Virus record (IMG/VR): IMGVR_UViG_2778261513_000009
Coordinates: 1 to 33,995 of that record
DNA: 33,995 nt
Origin: a virus
Taxonomy: Duplodnaviria > Heunggongvirae > Uroviricota > Caudoviricetes
Direction: 5' to 3' (one strand)
Shown: positions 8,967 through 18,259 of the stretch, piece after piece
Layout of the letters: each line of letters opens with the position of its first letter
Position numbering within the stretch: the first letter of the stretch is position 1
The notes under the pieces: generated by a model
Databases searched by the model: none
The model's input: only the letters and a program-made list of their open reading frames with translations
Told to the model about the DNA's origin: nothing
Position numbers and translations under genes: made by a program

Positions 8967-10654
8967 TATGCAAGCCTCACTAAATAATTAAATGCGGTGT
9001 TTTTTACGGTGTTTTCTGCATTGCCCTCAGCATTGACCGTAATTGCGTGGTTGTGTGCGCCCAAAACAACATTATGGGTGTGAGCGCCGATGCCAACTGT
9101 ATGAGTATGAGCACCGATACCGACTGTATGGGCATGGTTGCCAGAGGTGCCTGTATTCAGGGTTCCCGTACCTGCCAATGCCTGGTTCCGGTCGCCATCT
9201 TTAACAGTCGTTGACGTTGGGGCTGTGTATGTATGAGCATGCGCCCCTGTGGTATTCGTTGTTTTTGTACCGTAGTCAAATGAACTGGTTGTTTTTGTCC
9301 CGTAATCAAATGCAGTCGCGGCCTTCGTACCGAGATCTGTATTTGCAGATGATGCTGAGTGCCCATGCGACTTAATACCATCCTGCTCCAGTGATAAAAC
9401 TGCACGACCGCTGGCTGGTTTGCCTTTGATGGTCTGACCGCGCATATCAGGAATCACCCCGGAGGGATACGCCACTGCAAGCAACGGATAGACTGATTTA
9501 TCAAAAGCCTGTCCCTGCATTAATCCATACCCTGCCGGGGGTGTATCAGACGGCCACGGAATCGGCGCCCCAACAGGAAAAGCATCATCGGGTGTCCACA
9601 TCGTCCACCGCTGCGTGGAATACTTGCTGCGTGAGTAGCTTCGTGAACTGCCATACACGCGATAAACCTGAGTCACTCCGGCACTTTTAAGTACCATCAG
9701 GGAGCCCGCTCTATTCTCCGGGTAATTCAGTGCTGCACTGGTATTCGCATTCATTGTCTGGTGATACAGACCCGGCGTCTGGTAATTATCCAGATTCTGG
9801 TCAGCACCAAGCTCGGTACACTGACCGTCAAAAATATCCTGTGAAGTGACGCTGATATCGCCCGTCAGCGGGTGTCCGTTAACGTTTCGCTCAGACGGGA
9901 CGCGACCATTCGCATTATCATTCACCGCCTTAACCGCTTTCGGCGTTGCGGCGAGCGCCTCAGACGTGCTGTCGGTGGCACTGCTGAGTTTCACCAGACC
10001 TTTCTGCGCTGTGCTCGCGTCCTGAGCCGTATATTTACCACTGGCAAGGTCATACACCGCCTTAACCGCTTTCGGCGTCGCTGCGAGACTCTCAGACGTG
10101 CTGTCGGTCGCATTGCTGAGTTGTACAAAGCCTTTTTCTTTCAGCGTGGCGTCAGGATGCCTGCGGGACTGCTCATGCTCTGCCAGTTTGTCGTCGACAT
10201 AATCCTGCGTCGCCATGACCGTTGTCGCGTCAATGGACAGCTCCACCGAGGCGATACTGCTGACAATAATCACCATGCGACAGGTCTGCGCACGCCCCGA
10301 GCCCTCCGCCAGCTCCGGCTTGTAGCTCTCCGCCATATTGGCAACGGCTATCAGCGTGCCTGCGTCATCATACAGACCCAGCTCACGCATCCAGAAGCCG
10401 CCCACCTCGGGAGGAATGACCAGCTCAGCCACGATATAGTTTTTATTTTTGTTGTCCTGGCTGATTTTATTCAGCGCATGACGCCAGACTTCATTGATGA
10501 GTTTTACCTGCCCGACGTTCGGCTCCGGCAGTGCGTCGCCGCCATCACCGACGGCCATCGCGGTAAGGTTCACTTTTTTACCACCCGGCACCGTCGCCGC
10601 CGCCAGTTTTGCAGCTCCGGCAGTGGTAATGATTGTTTTAAATTTCGTGCTCAT
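8966..10654 (-). CDS. H: Tail fibre protein H
   Basis: 562-aa ORF with a conserved N-terminus ([24 protein letters not shown]...), internal duplicated '[18 protein letters not shown]' segments and a C-terminal His-rich repeat ([30 protein letters not shown]). Confidence 0.85.
   Translation of the reverse strand: MSTKFKTIITTAGAAKLAAATVPGGKKVNLTAMAVGDGGDALPEPNVGQVKLINEVWRHALNKISQDNKNKNYIVAELVIPPEVGGFWMRELGLYDDAGTLIAVANMAESYKPELAEGSGRAQTCRMVIIVSSIASVELSIDATTVMATQDYVDDKLAEHEQSRRHPDATLKEKGFVQLSNATDSTSESLAATPKAVKAVYDLASGKYTAQDASTAQKGLVKLSSATDSTSEALAATPKAVKAVNDNANGRVPSERNVNGHPLTGDISVTSQDIFDGQCTELGADQNLDNYQTPGLYHQTMNANTSAALNYPENRAGSLMVLKSAGVTQVYRVYGSSRSYSRSKYSTQRWTMWTPDDAFPVGAPIPWPSDTPPAGYGLMQGQAFDKSVYPLLAVAYPSGVIPDMRGQTIKGKPASGRAVLSLEQDGIKSHGHSASSANTDLGTKAATAFDYGTKTTSSFDYGTKTTNTTGAHAHTYTAPTSTTVKDGDRNQALAGTGTLNTGTSGNHAHTVGIGAHTHTVGIGAHTHNVVLGAHNHAITVNAEGNAENTVKNTAFNYLVRLA
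9923..9990. repeat. 68-bp imperfect direct repeat inside gene H, copy 1 (copy 2 at 10055-10122, offset 132 bp)
   Basis: caccgccttaaccgctttcggcg...cagacgtgctgtcggt...gctgagtt recurs with a few mismatches; encodes the duplicated [18 protein letters not shown] peptide. Confidence 0.7.
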
Positions 10655-10664
10655 TATTCCTCAC

Positions 10665-11195
10665 TCACCCGGGATAAACCGTAATAATGTCGCCGTCATA
10701 CACCACACCACCGACATACATATGACCGGGAATGTCCTGAATAATATTCAGACCAATCAGGTGACGGCTGGCGGGCTTCGCATCCGCAATCAGGCGCTCC
10801 ATTTCAAAATACATTTCCTCAGAAATACCGCTTTCCAGCACACCGATATCAAGCCGGAATGTGCCGGGCGGGTCGCTGGTCTCCCACCACTCCGTGACGT
10901 TGATGACATAGCCGAGCGGCTCCACCACCCGACGAACAGCGCCTATCGTCCCTTTGTGGCAGTGAATAAAGTACGCATCACGGATGACGGCGCGCTTCGT
11001 TTCCTCCGGCCAGTTCTCATCCCAGCGGTCGACAGAAAACGCCCACGCCAGCCACGGCAGCAAATTAGCCGGGCAGGTGTCAGGACTCCACAGACGACGC
11101 AGCGGGACGGGGGTGTTTTCTATATCCGCGCAGGCACGCGCCGCCGCCACCTCAAGCGGTGACGAGCCCACCGGCAGCAGACGGGTATCACTCAT
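10665..11195 (-). CDS. I: Baseplate/tail protein I
   Basis: 176-aa ORF between J and H; size and order as P2 gpI. Confidence 0.8.
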   Translation of the reverse strand: MSDTRLLPVGSSPLEVAAARACADIENTPVPLRRLWSPDTCPANLLPWLAWAFSVDRWDENWPEETKRAVIRDAYFIHCHKGTIGAVRRVVEPLGYVINVTEWWETSDPPGTFRLDIGVLESGISEEMYFEMERLIADAKPASRHLIGLNIIQDIPGHMYVGGVVYDGDIITVYPG

Positions 11196-12096
11196 CCGAG
11201 CCCCCGATCACAATGCTGTAATCAGTGCAAAATGACGCCTGCGCACTGCTGAGCACGAGGTCAGCCACCGGCGCGGCCAGTTCCACACGCTGGACACCCT
11301 CGACATGCAGCGCGGCATAAATGGCAGACAGGCGAATGTCACGCCCGAGACGATGCTGCGCACTGATATAGCCCTCCAGCTTTTTCACGGCAGCGGCGCG
11401 AATGGGTTCGCTTTCTGGACCGGGATAGAGATAAAGCGAGGCGGATATCTGGTAGTCAACAATGTCGGCTGACTGCACCGTCACACGGTCTGCGACCGGT
11501 CTGACATCTTCGGCGTTAAGCGCATTACGGACAACGGCGAGCAGCTCATCAGAGGCGACGCCGTTGTTTTCACGCGACAACACAGAAATCGTCACACAGG
11601 CGGGTGACGGGCTGGTCACTGAGATATCTGCGACCCGCCCGTCAGCGCTGCGGCCATGAAACTGATAAGCGCCGACAGACCCGGCCACGCTCATTCCTTC
11701 AAATGCCTGCTGAATACGCAGACGGTAATCGGTGTCCGACTCCATGACGGCAGGTGTGGGCGGCAGCGTGGTCTCATCGGCAGGGGTGATAACAAGACGC
11801 CCGACACTGAAATTTGCGCCGATATTATCGAGGTCTTTACCGGCGGCATACGCCAGCATGACCGCGCGCGCCGATTCATTCACGCGCTGACGCCAGATAA
11901 CCTCCCGGTAAGCATTCTCCTGCAGCAGCTTAACAATCGGCTCAGATTCAAGCGTCAGCGTGCGCGCAACCGCCTCCTGCTGTTCCTCCGGGTACAGTGA
12001 GACAAGCGTCGCCTTTCGCTCTGCCAGAATGGTTTCATAGTCCAGCTCATCCACCACATCAGGCGCAGCGAGCAGGCTCAGGTCAACAATAGCCAT
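11188..12096 (-). CDS. J: Baseplate assembly protein J
   Basis: 302-aa ORF; size and order as P2 gpJ. Confidence 0.85.
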   Translation of the reverse strand: MAIVDLSLLAAPDVVDELDYETILAERKATLVSLYPEEQQEAVARTLTLESEPIVKLLQENAYREVIWRQRVNESARAVMLAYAAGKDLDNIGANFSVGRLVITPADETTLPPTPAVMESDTDYRLRIQQAFEGMSVAGSVGAYQFHGRSADGRVADISVTSPSPACVTISVLSRENNGVASDELLAVVRNALNAEDVRPVADRVTVQSADIVDYQISASLYLYPGPESEPIRAAAVKKLEGYISAQHRLGRDIRLSAIYAALHVEGVQRVELAAPVADLVLSSAQASFCTDYSIVIGGSDE

Positions 12097-12101
12097 AGTG
12101 T

Positions 12102-12452
12102 TTAACTCAGTGGAATGGTGATAGAAAAAGGCTGGCCTGACGTCGACCGCGTGCCGGTGATATCGACATACATCGCGCCGTCATTCTCCCCGCGTTCAAA
12201 GGTGATGGTCGTCAGGCTGACGCGTGGCTCCCACTTCTGGATCGCGGAATAACACGCGGCCATAATCTGCAGGCGTAGCGCCGGGGTCTGCGGCTGGTCA
12301 ATAAGCGCCGACAGCAGCGAGCCGTAATCACGGCGCATGACGCGCGAGCCCACCGGCGTGACCAGAATGTCGCGCACACTCTGCCTGATATGCTCAACCT
12401 CAGAAATACTGAGTCCGGTCTGGCTGTTCATACCCAGATAGCGCGCCGTCAT
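12102..12452 (-). CDS. W: Baseplate protein W (gp25-like)
   Basis: 116-aa ORF; size and order as P2 gpW. Confidence 0.85.
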   Translation of the reverse strand: MTARYLGMNSQTGLSISEVEHIRQSVRDILVTPVGSRVMRRDYGSLLSALIDQPQTPALRLQIMAACYSAIQKWEPRVSLTTITFERGENDGAMYVDITGTRSTSGQPFSITIPLS

Positions 12453-13090
12453 TTTGTCCCCTGCGTCCAGTCATCCCCGCCTTTAACGCCGCCGTGGCCG
12501 TGGTCATCCACCTGCACGCCGTTTGATTTGAACGTACCGCCGTCATGCTCGATGTTGCCGCTCATCTTCCCGCCCTTTTGCACCTCAAGCGTGGCCGTGG
12601 TCAGTTTGTTGGTGCAGACCACCTCGGGGGTATCGAGCGTGATGCGGGTGGACGCTTTGACCAGTACCAGCGGCACCGTTGCGGTAATGGCGTCCGACGC
12701 GGTAACGTCAGCGGTTTTAATACCGCTCACCGTGAGCGCCCCGCTCTCGGGTTCGTACTCAATAACCGCCCCGTCAGGAAAGGAAACGTGAAAGGCATCA
12801 GGCGAGGTCGACGGCGCAGGATGGTCATCAGAGAAAATACCGGGCAGCACAAAGGCGGTATCGAGCTCGCCACCAATGGCAAGAATAAGCACCTGCTCGC
12901 CAACCGAGGGAGCCCACCAGACACGCGAGCGACCGGCGCGGCAGGTCAGCCAGTTTAACCAGGTGGTTTGCATCCCGCCGGTCTGGACACGACAGAGCCC
13001 CTCATCGGGATTGACTGCGGTCACAATGCCGGTGCGGATAAGGTTTCGGATCGCGCGGGCGATATCCTGAATGGAATTTAAAGTATTCAT
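12449..13090 (-). CDS. V: Baseplate spike/hub protein V
   Basis: 213-aa ORF; size and order as P2 gpV; start overlaps the W start region. Confidence 0.85.
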   Translation of the reverse strand: MNTLNSIQDIARAIRNLIRTGIVTAVNPDEGLCRVQTGGMQTTWLNWLTCRAGRSRVWWAPSVGEQVLILAIGGELDTAFVLPGIFSDDHPAPSTSPDAFHVSFPDGAVIEYEPESGALTVSGIKTADVTASDAITATVPLVLVKASTRITLDTPEVVCTNKLTTATLEVQKGGKMSGNIEHDGGTFKSNGVQVDDHGHGGVKGGDDWTQGTK

Positions 13091-13305
13091 AGATAAAGGA
13101 TGCCGAGGGGCAGAGAATCCAGCAACAAAATGGAGTTTGATGAGAGCTAAGACAACATACCCTAATACTATCTATCATTGATGAAAGCACATCAGAGCAA
13201 TGATGCTATTGTGAGCTAGCGCGAATTATCAACTTCCGCTTTTGCGGTAGGAATGCATATGTTTAAAATGTTATATTCAAGAAAAAATTGACTGAGAGAT
13301 CTTTA

Positions 13306-14502
13306 ATGTTTGATTCGATAGTATTAAAACGCTCAATAGATGGCCCAACATTGACGATTGGCGAAATTGCTGAAGCATTAATTTTCTATCAAAATGTTCA
13401 CGTTGTAATGGACACATCAACCCTCCTCGGCATCATTAGAGAAATAGGGAGCCATAATGTAATCAAGTTATTAACACTCCCTGGTATAAAAACTACTTTC
13501 ATTGAGGAGTTCGTAGGTGTGTATGGCCAAGACACGTACCATGGAAAAGAGTACGCATTAATAAGCGCTTACTTTGCCGGAAGTGAAACAGATGGGGAAT
13601 TAAAAAGCTGGAAAAAAAGATTGGCAAACATGATTTCACGCCAAGGTTATAGCAAAGTTGAATCTGACAATTTTGTCGAAAGATTCAAAAGATGCGTAAC
13701 GTTAAAGAAACTCTCCAGCGACTACTTCATTAAAGGCGGTATAATATCAGCTGCACGTAGTGATTTAAATGATAGTGATTTCGTTTCATCGGCCGCACTC
13801 ATTATCTTGGAAGATTTATTACCTAAAGAGGAAATTACGAGCGACCTCTTTTATAAAACATTCCCAACCAGAGAAACCTTCCAAATCTCGACAAATATTA
13901 ATTTTGAAAAAATAAACAACTATAATGCTAATAAATTCTCTGACATTGGTGAAACAACCCCTGCAAGCATTGCAGCGGGAATCCTTAGCGCTTCATACGG
14001 ACTTATTTTAGCTGCTCACTACGGTGGCGATTTCTATACATCAGCGACAGACTCAAAGATCATTCAGTTCAAAAATAAACAACTACTCACCAGAACTAAC
14101 GCAAACCGTAAAGAACTAGAAACCTTCAATGAGGTGATTTTGAAGGATTGCCCAAATATATCCTCAATCATAAATAAAAAAGAACGTTCCTTTGAGGAAT
14201 TTTTAGAGTTACTTTCAAAAGCTAATAAATTTAAAAACTGGCTAAAAAACAAATCCCCAGATAAAAATCTTCTATCGAACTATGTTGATGATATTTCGAA
14301 AACAGGATGGATGGGAAGTAGTTATGGGAAGGCCTTACGTTACATTGTAAGTACTGGTGCAGGAATCATTAGCCCAGCGAGCGGACTTGCCATATCCGCA
14401 CTAGATACATTTTTATTAGACAGACTTAGCGCAGGCTGGAAACCAAATCAATTCGTCACATCAAAACTAAAACCTTTTGTTGATGTTAATGATGAATTTT
14501 AA
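13306..14502 (+). CDS. Hypothetical 398-aa protein of unknown function (AT-rich cargo gene between V and S, opposite strand)
   Basis: Long uninterrupted ORF in a markedly AT-rich segment (GC-rich backbone on both sides), antisense to the late operon and followed by its own hairpin terminator. I recognise no family. The ORF track starts at TTG 13288; ATG 13306 is the likely start. Confidence 0.6.
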   Translation: MFDSIVLKRSIDGPTLTIGEIAEALIFYQNVHVVMDTSTLLGIIREIGSHNVIKLLTLPGIKTTFIEEFVGVYGQDTYHGKEYALISAYFAGSETDGELKSWKKRLANMISRQGYSKVESDNFVERFKRCVTLKKLSSDYFIKGGIISAARSDLNDSDFVSSAALIILEDLLPKEEITSDLFYKTFPTRETFQISTNINFEKINNYNANKFSDIGETTPASIAAGILSASYGLILAAHYGGDFYTSATDSKIIQFKNKQLLTRTNANRKELETFNEVILKDCPNISSIINKKERSFEEFLELLSKANKFKNWLKNKSPDKNLLSNYVDDISKTGWMGSSYGKALRYIVSTGAGIISPASGLAISALDTFLLDRLSAGWKPNQFVTSKLKPFVDVNDEF

Positions 14503-14507
14503 ATGCT

Positions 14508-14533
14508 CCTAGAGGCTCAATTGCGCCTCTAGG
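14508..14533. terminator. Hairpin (cctagagg / cctctagg) between the convergent cargo gene and S
   Basis: Perfect 8-bp inverted repeat with a 10-nt loop, 6 nt after the cargo gene stop. Confidence 0.5.
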
Positions 14534-14562
14534 TACTTCTTAACACTCACATCACTTTAAAA

Positions 14563-15009
14563 TTAGCTCAGCTGTTTTATAGCCATCTCATAAATAATAT
14601 TTTTATCCACTGGGCTTAACCCAATCAATTGCCGTTCTGCATACTGTACCTCATGTGCGTGTTGGTTTGGTCGGTCTTTAAGTCCGTACTGATGAATCCG
14701 CGCGATACGTTGCACCTTCCCGGTAAACTCCACCACAGCAGCATCATTACGGCCACTGGCTTTCATGTAGCGGCTTGTTCTCAGCTTCTGAAACATCGTC
14801 CGTTTTATTCGACCTCTTTTTGCCCTGAGCGGCTGTGGCTTTCGCGCCTGATACGGCGTGCCATCAGGCGCTTTTTGCTGTTTTATGCGTTGCTGTTGCG
14901 ATTTGCGCAGTTCCTTCGCAATCTCTGCGGCCAGCTTACGTCGCGAAGCCGGTGACAATGCCCCGATAAGTCCCGCTAGTTTGTCGTCAAAAGGTGTTAA
15001 TTCACTCAT
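14563..15009 (-). CDS. S: Tail completion protein S
   Basis: 148-aa ORF after R; size and order as P2 gpS. Confidence 0.85.
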   Translation of the reverse strand: MSELTPFDDKLAGLIGALSPASRRKLAAEIAKELRKSQQQRIKQQKAPDGTPYQARKPQPLRAKRGRIKRTMFQKLRTSRYMKASGRNDAAVVEFTGKVQRIARIHQYGLKDRPNQHAHEVQYAERQLIGLSPVDKNIIYEMAIKQLS

Positions 15010-15469
15010 CCCATTTACTCACCAGCTCACCATTGATATAGAGTTCGGTCGGACGGGGGACTGGCTCTGGCAGTGGCGGCTCCGGGGCATAGCTGACGTG
15101 TAGCGCGCCGTTTTCTTCCCGGACAAGAGCGCGCTCGGTCAGTTGCAGGCTGATACTGATATCAACATTATCCCCGTCATTTAAATCCATCTGGAATCGA
15201 TAGCCCTTTTTACGCCCCTCATCGAGCGTGCAGATATCCGGCTGATTTTCTCGCAGCCATGCAGCCACCGGCACAAAAATCAGGTCGGGGTCGCCTACAA
15301 AATCACACACGATCACATTCAGCGTGTATTTCTTTTCATGGGACAGCGAAGCAGCGAGACGCGCATCGATATTCCCCTCATCGGCAAAGATACGCATCAT
15401 CTCGGGGTTATTCAGAAGCTGCGGGACGGCGTCATTCAGCGCTTTGCGCAGGCTTTTCATTTTCTGCAT
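15002..15469 (-). CDS. R: Tail completion protein R
   Basis: C-terminus ...PVPRPTELYINGELVSKWDE closely resembles P2 gpR; start taken at ATG 15469 (MQKMKSLRKAL...) rather than the upstream ORF start. Confidence 0.85.
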   Translation of the reverse strand: MQKMKSLRKALNDAVPQLLNNPEMMRIFADEGNIDARLAASLSHEKKYTLNVIVCDFVGDPDLIFVPVAAWLRENQPDICTLDEGRKKGYRFQMDLNDGDNVDISISLQLTERALVREENGALHVSYAPEPPLPEPVPRPTELYINGELVSKWDE

Positions 15470-15722
15470 CGATTTTATCCTGACAGTCTTTGATGGTTTC
15501 GACCTTAATCGCACAGGCGGTGAGCGCGTGCTCAAGCCTGCGAATATCTACACTCAAATCACCGTTATTGACGGGGTCGCTTCCCGGCATCGGGCAGAGG
15601 CTCACCTTCGGGCAGGCGTTGTAAACAACGGGCAGCGGAGGCGCAGCCTGTTCGGATGTGCAACCGGCGCACAGCATCAGGCAGCTTATCGCTGTACCAG
15701 CGGCGTAACGTCTCGTTTTCAT
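15432..15722 (-). CDS. lysC: LysC / Rz1-like outer-membrane spanin lipoprotein (starts inside lysB in another frame)
   Basis: 96-aa ORF with lipobox-like LMLCAGC; begins within lysB and runs past its stop, the P2 lysB/lysC arrangement. Confidence 0.6.
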   Translation of the reverse strand: MKTRRYAAGTAISCLMLCAGCTSEQAAPPLPVVYNACPKVSLCPMPGSDPVNNGDLSVDIRRLEHALTACAIKVETIKDCQDKIDAENEKPAQSAE

Positions 15723-15990
15723 TCATCAGCCTCGTTATGGTTTCTTCGCGCCTTGCCGCCTGCTCACCGGCAACGGCCAGCTCATCACCGAGCCTGACCT
15801 GCGCATCTTCATTCGCCCTGGCGATTCGCCGCGATACGGCAAGCTGATTTTTCAGCATGCCAATCGTCATCTTTTGCTCACTTGCGACGCGGTTCGCTTT
15901 CTCAAATGACCGGGATAAGTTCGCGTTATCGTGGCGCAGCCACAGCACCGCGGCGAGCAACCCGGCCAGCAGAATTATCAGCACTTTCAT
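15565..15990 (-). CDS. lysB: LysB / Rz-like inner-membrane spanin
   Basis: 141-aa ORF with N-terminal TM segment (MKVLIILLAGLLAAVLWL) and coiled-coil remainder, directly after the endolysin gene. Confidence 0.75.
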   Translation of the reverse strand: MKVLIILLAGLLAAVLWLRHDNANLSRSFEKANRVASEQKMTIGMLKNQLAVSRRIARANEDAQVRLGDELAVAGEQAARREETITRLMNENETLRRWYSDKLPDAVRRLHIRTGCASAARCLQRLPEGEPLPDAGKRPRQ

Positions 15991-16496
15991 TGCATCCCCT
16001 TTACGCAGTAAGCCCGTTCCCGCGCGCGGCGGTTCTCCAGCCCTTTATTTTTTGTACCATTGACATACACCCAGCGGGTGAGCTGGTCGCACGCCTGCCA
16101 CCACTGGTGACGTTTGATAAACGAGACCAGCGTCGACCGGCAGGCCGCACCGGCTCCGACGTTAAACGCAAAACTGACCAGCGAGTCATAGACGCGCGGT
16201 GGCATATCCACCGGCACACAGACCGCGAGCCGTTGCTCGACGTTGAGCACATCGGCAACGAGATTCTCCGCCGCCTGTCGCTCTGTGATATCCCCTTTCG
16301 GGACCACCCCGGCAGTGTGGCCGATACCTGACGTCCACACTCCCGCGTTGCACTGGTAAGGTGTCAGGCGACATCCTTCGAGGTCGGCAATCAGCGCCAG
16401 CCCCTCGGGCGAGGTGTTAAGCAGACGAAAGTCAGGCATCAGTGCCGCCAGCGCCAGCACGGCGGCCACACTGCAGCGTTTAATGATTGAGCTCAC
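15987..16496 (-). CDS. K: Endolysin K (phage lysozyme)
   Basis: 169-aa ORF in the lysis cassette between holin and spanins; size as P2 gpK. Confidence 0.85.
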   Translation of the reverse strand: MSSIIKRCSVAAVLALAALMPDFRLLNTSPEGLALIADLEGCRLTPYQCNAGVWTSGIGHTAGVVPKGDITERQAAENLVADVLNVEQRLAVCVPVDMPPRVYDSLVSFAFNVGAGAACRSTLVSFIKRHQWWQACDQLTRWVYVNGTKNKGLENRRARERAYCVKGMQ

Positions 16497-16701
16497 GGGC
16501 AGCCCCCTTATCGAGTCCGAGTGAGGTCAGGTAGCGGTAGGTTTTGCGCTTAAACCAGTAATTCGTCAGCGCGGTAAAAATGGCGCAGGCACTCCCCACA
16601 TAGAGCGCCATCTTTTCAGGGGACATCGCCCCGAAATACGCCAGCCCCACGGCCAGCCAGTAAGCGATAAACGTCGTGATTTTTTCCACACTCAGTCCCA
16701 T
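16480..16701 (-). CDS. Putative holin (Y-like), 73 aa with two predicted TM helices
   Basis: Two hydrophobic stretches (ITTFIAYWLAVGLAYFGA and ALYVGSACAIFTALTNYWF) and a charged C-terminus; located between X and K. Shorter than P2 Y, so the assignment is positional. Confidence 0.55.
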   Translation of the reverse strand: MGLSVEKITTFIAYWLAVGLAYFGAMSPEKMALYVGSACAIFTALTNYWFKRKTYRYLTSLGLDKGAARELNH

Positions 16702-16895
16702 AAATTCACCGTCTCGGTTTTCGGGGCGCTGTCAGTTTCGGGCAGTTCTATTGCCGTGCCGTGCGGCAGAATAACGCCCAGCTCCGACAGCCCCGGATTC
16801 GCCTGCAGCACCGTTTCAACGACGCCCCCAGTGCGCCCGTAATACCGGGCGCAAATCGCATCGAGGGTGTCGCCCTGCATAGCCCTGACCTTCAT
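16692..16895 (-). CDS. X: Tail protein X
   Basis: Translation from ATG 16895 (MKVRAMQGDTLDAICARYYGRTGGVVETVLQANPGLSELG...) closely matches P2 gpX; the upstream ORF extension is not used. Confidence 0.85.
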   Translation of the reverse strand: MKVRAMQGDTLDAICARYYGRTGGVVETVLQANPGLSELGVILPHGTAIELPETDSAPKTETVNLWD

Positions 16896-17401
16896 CAGAT
16901 TTGGCCGACAATACAGCGCGGCTTGTCCTGAATACGCGCCACAGACCAGCGCATGTCCCGCCACAGCTCATCGATAACCGCCTCGGTGCTTTCCGCCTTA
17001 CGGTCGCCTTTCGCCGTCGCATCGATGCCGCGATAACGCTCAAACAGCGTGGCACTGGTCATGGCGCAGACAGCGCGGAAATAGTGGAAACAGCGCACGC
17101 TTTCGCCATCGATGTCATCGGCAGGCACATCAGCCAGCGTGTCATGCCCTGCGGTCATCTGCTCAACCCGCCACAGAGCAAGCTCCGCATTGGTTTCAGC
17201 CATACCGGCTTTAATCGCATCATTCAGGCGTAGCGCAGAAACGGTCTGCTCCAGACGCATCAACTCGCGCACACGCTTCGGATCCACATCAGGGAAAAAG
17301 AAGGTGTTTTTTATTACCGGCTCGCTCACTTCCGGTGGCGGAATGACCACGCCCGGCACGTCCTGCGGCTCTTTTTTTGGCTCAATAATCACTGTCGTCA
17401 T
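16895..17401 (-). CDS. L: Capsid completion protein L
   Basis: 168-aa ORF after M; size and order as P2 gpL. Confidence 0.85.
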   Translation of the reverse strand: MTTVIIEPKKEPQDVPGVVIPPPEVSEPVIKNTFFFPDVDPKRVRELMRLEQTVSALRLNDAIKAGMAETNAELALWRVEQMTAGHDTLADVPADDIDGESVRCFHYFRAVCAMTSATLFERYRGIDATAKGDRKAESTEAVIDELWRDMRWSVARIQDKPRCIVGQI

Positions 17402-17500
17402 GACAACCTCGGATAATGGGTGGGCGGTGGACGCCGGTCGCAGTCAGGGCAATCAATACCCGCATTGACCGGCGTGCCGCCCGGCTCGGGGAGCGCTCAG

Positions 17501-18256
17501 TTAACCTGCGGCTTTTGCCGCTTTCGGGGGACGCCCGCGCCGTGCCGCCGGTTTAGCGGCAGGTTTGCGCGTGCGCGGTTTATTCTGTTTTGGTGCGGGT
17601 TCTGCTTTGGGTTTCAGCGCGCGCTCGAGCTGTTCAATATCCTTTTTCACACCGACAGTTCGCTCTAACTGGATCGCACGCTGCAGGTGCGCCAGCGCAT
17701 CAGTCAGGCGGCCAGCCTCACGCAGCACGTAGCCGGTAATTTTGTGCAGCTTCGCGCGCACGATATCCGGCATGTCTGCCCGTTCGGTCAGTGCAATGGT
17801 GTCGAGCAGGAGCAGCAGCCCGACAGGCTGTTTCGCATCGAGCAGGCGCTGCGCTGACAGGGCGACTTCTTCGGCCAGCAGATACGGCGTGGTGCGCCGG
17901 TGGCCGCCGGTCGGCATGGTCAGGCCATAGGTCATCGCATAGCGGGCAATCTCCAGCGCACCGGCGATATCATCCGCATCGAGACGCCACAGCATGACGG
18001 TCATGACAATGTCATCCTGCGCCCCTTTTCCGGCGCTGAGGACACCCGACACCCACGGCAGATAGAACGGCAGCAGCTCACGCTTTTTGTCTGCCTTGCG
18101 TTCATTGGAGCGGATTTGTTTTAACGTGCGACAGTCTGCGGCCAGCTTGACGAGCATCTGCTCATAGGCAGTTGCATTGCGCAGCGGAGCAGCAGCCCGC
18201 CGCGCAGTTTCAGAGGCCGAGACCCGCATCATGTGACGCGCTGCGGGACTCGTCAT
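17501..18256 (-). CDS. M: Terminase small (endonuclease) subunit M
   Basis: 251-aa ORF with a basic C-terminal tail; follows N as in P2. Confidence 0.85.
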   Translation of the reverse strand: MTSPAARHMMRVSASETARRAAAPLRNATAYEQMLVKLAADCRTLKQIRSNERKADKKRELLPFYLPWVSGVLSAGKGAQDDIVMTVMLWRLDADDIAGALEIARYAMTYGLTMPTGGHRRTTPYLLAEEVALSAQRLLDAKQPVGLLLLLDTIALTERADMPDIVRAKLHKITGYVLREAGRLTDALAHLQRAIQLERTVGVKKDIEQLERALKPKAEPAPKQNKPRTRKPAAKPAARRGRPPKAAKAAG

Positions 18257-18259
18257 GGC

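Noticed and set aside
15987-16701. Considered that the 73-aa ORF might be LysA-like rather than the holin
   Set aside because: It precedes the endolysin gene, the holin position in the P2 order, and has two TM helices; kept as putative holin with moderate confidence.
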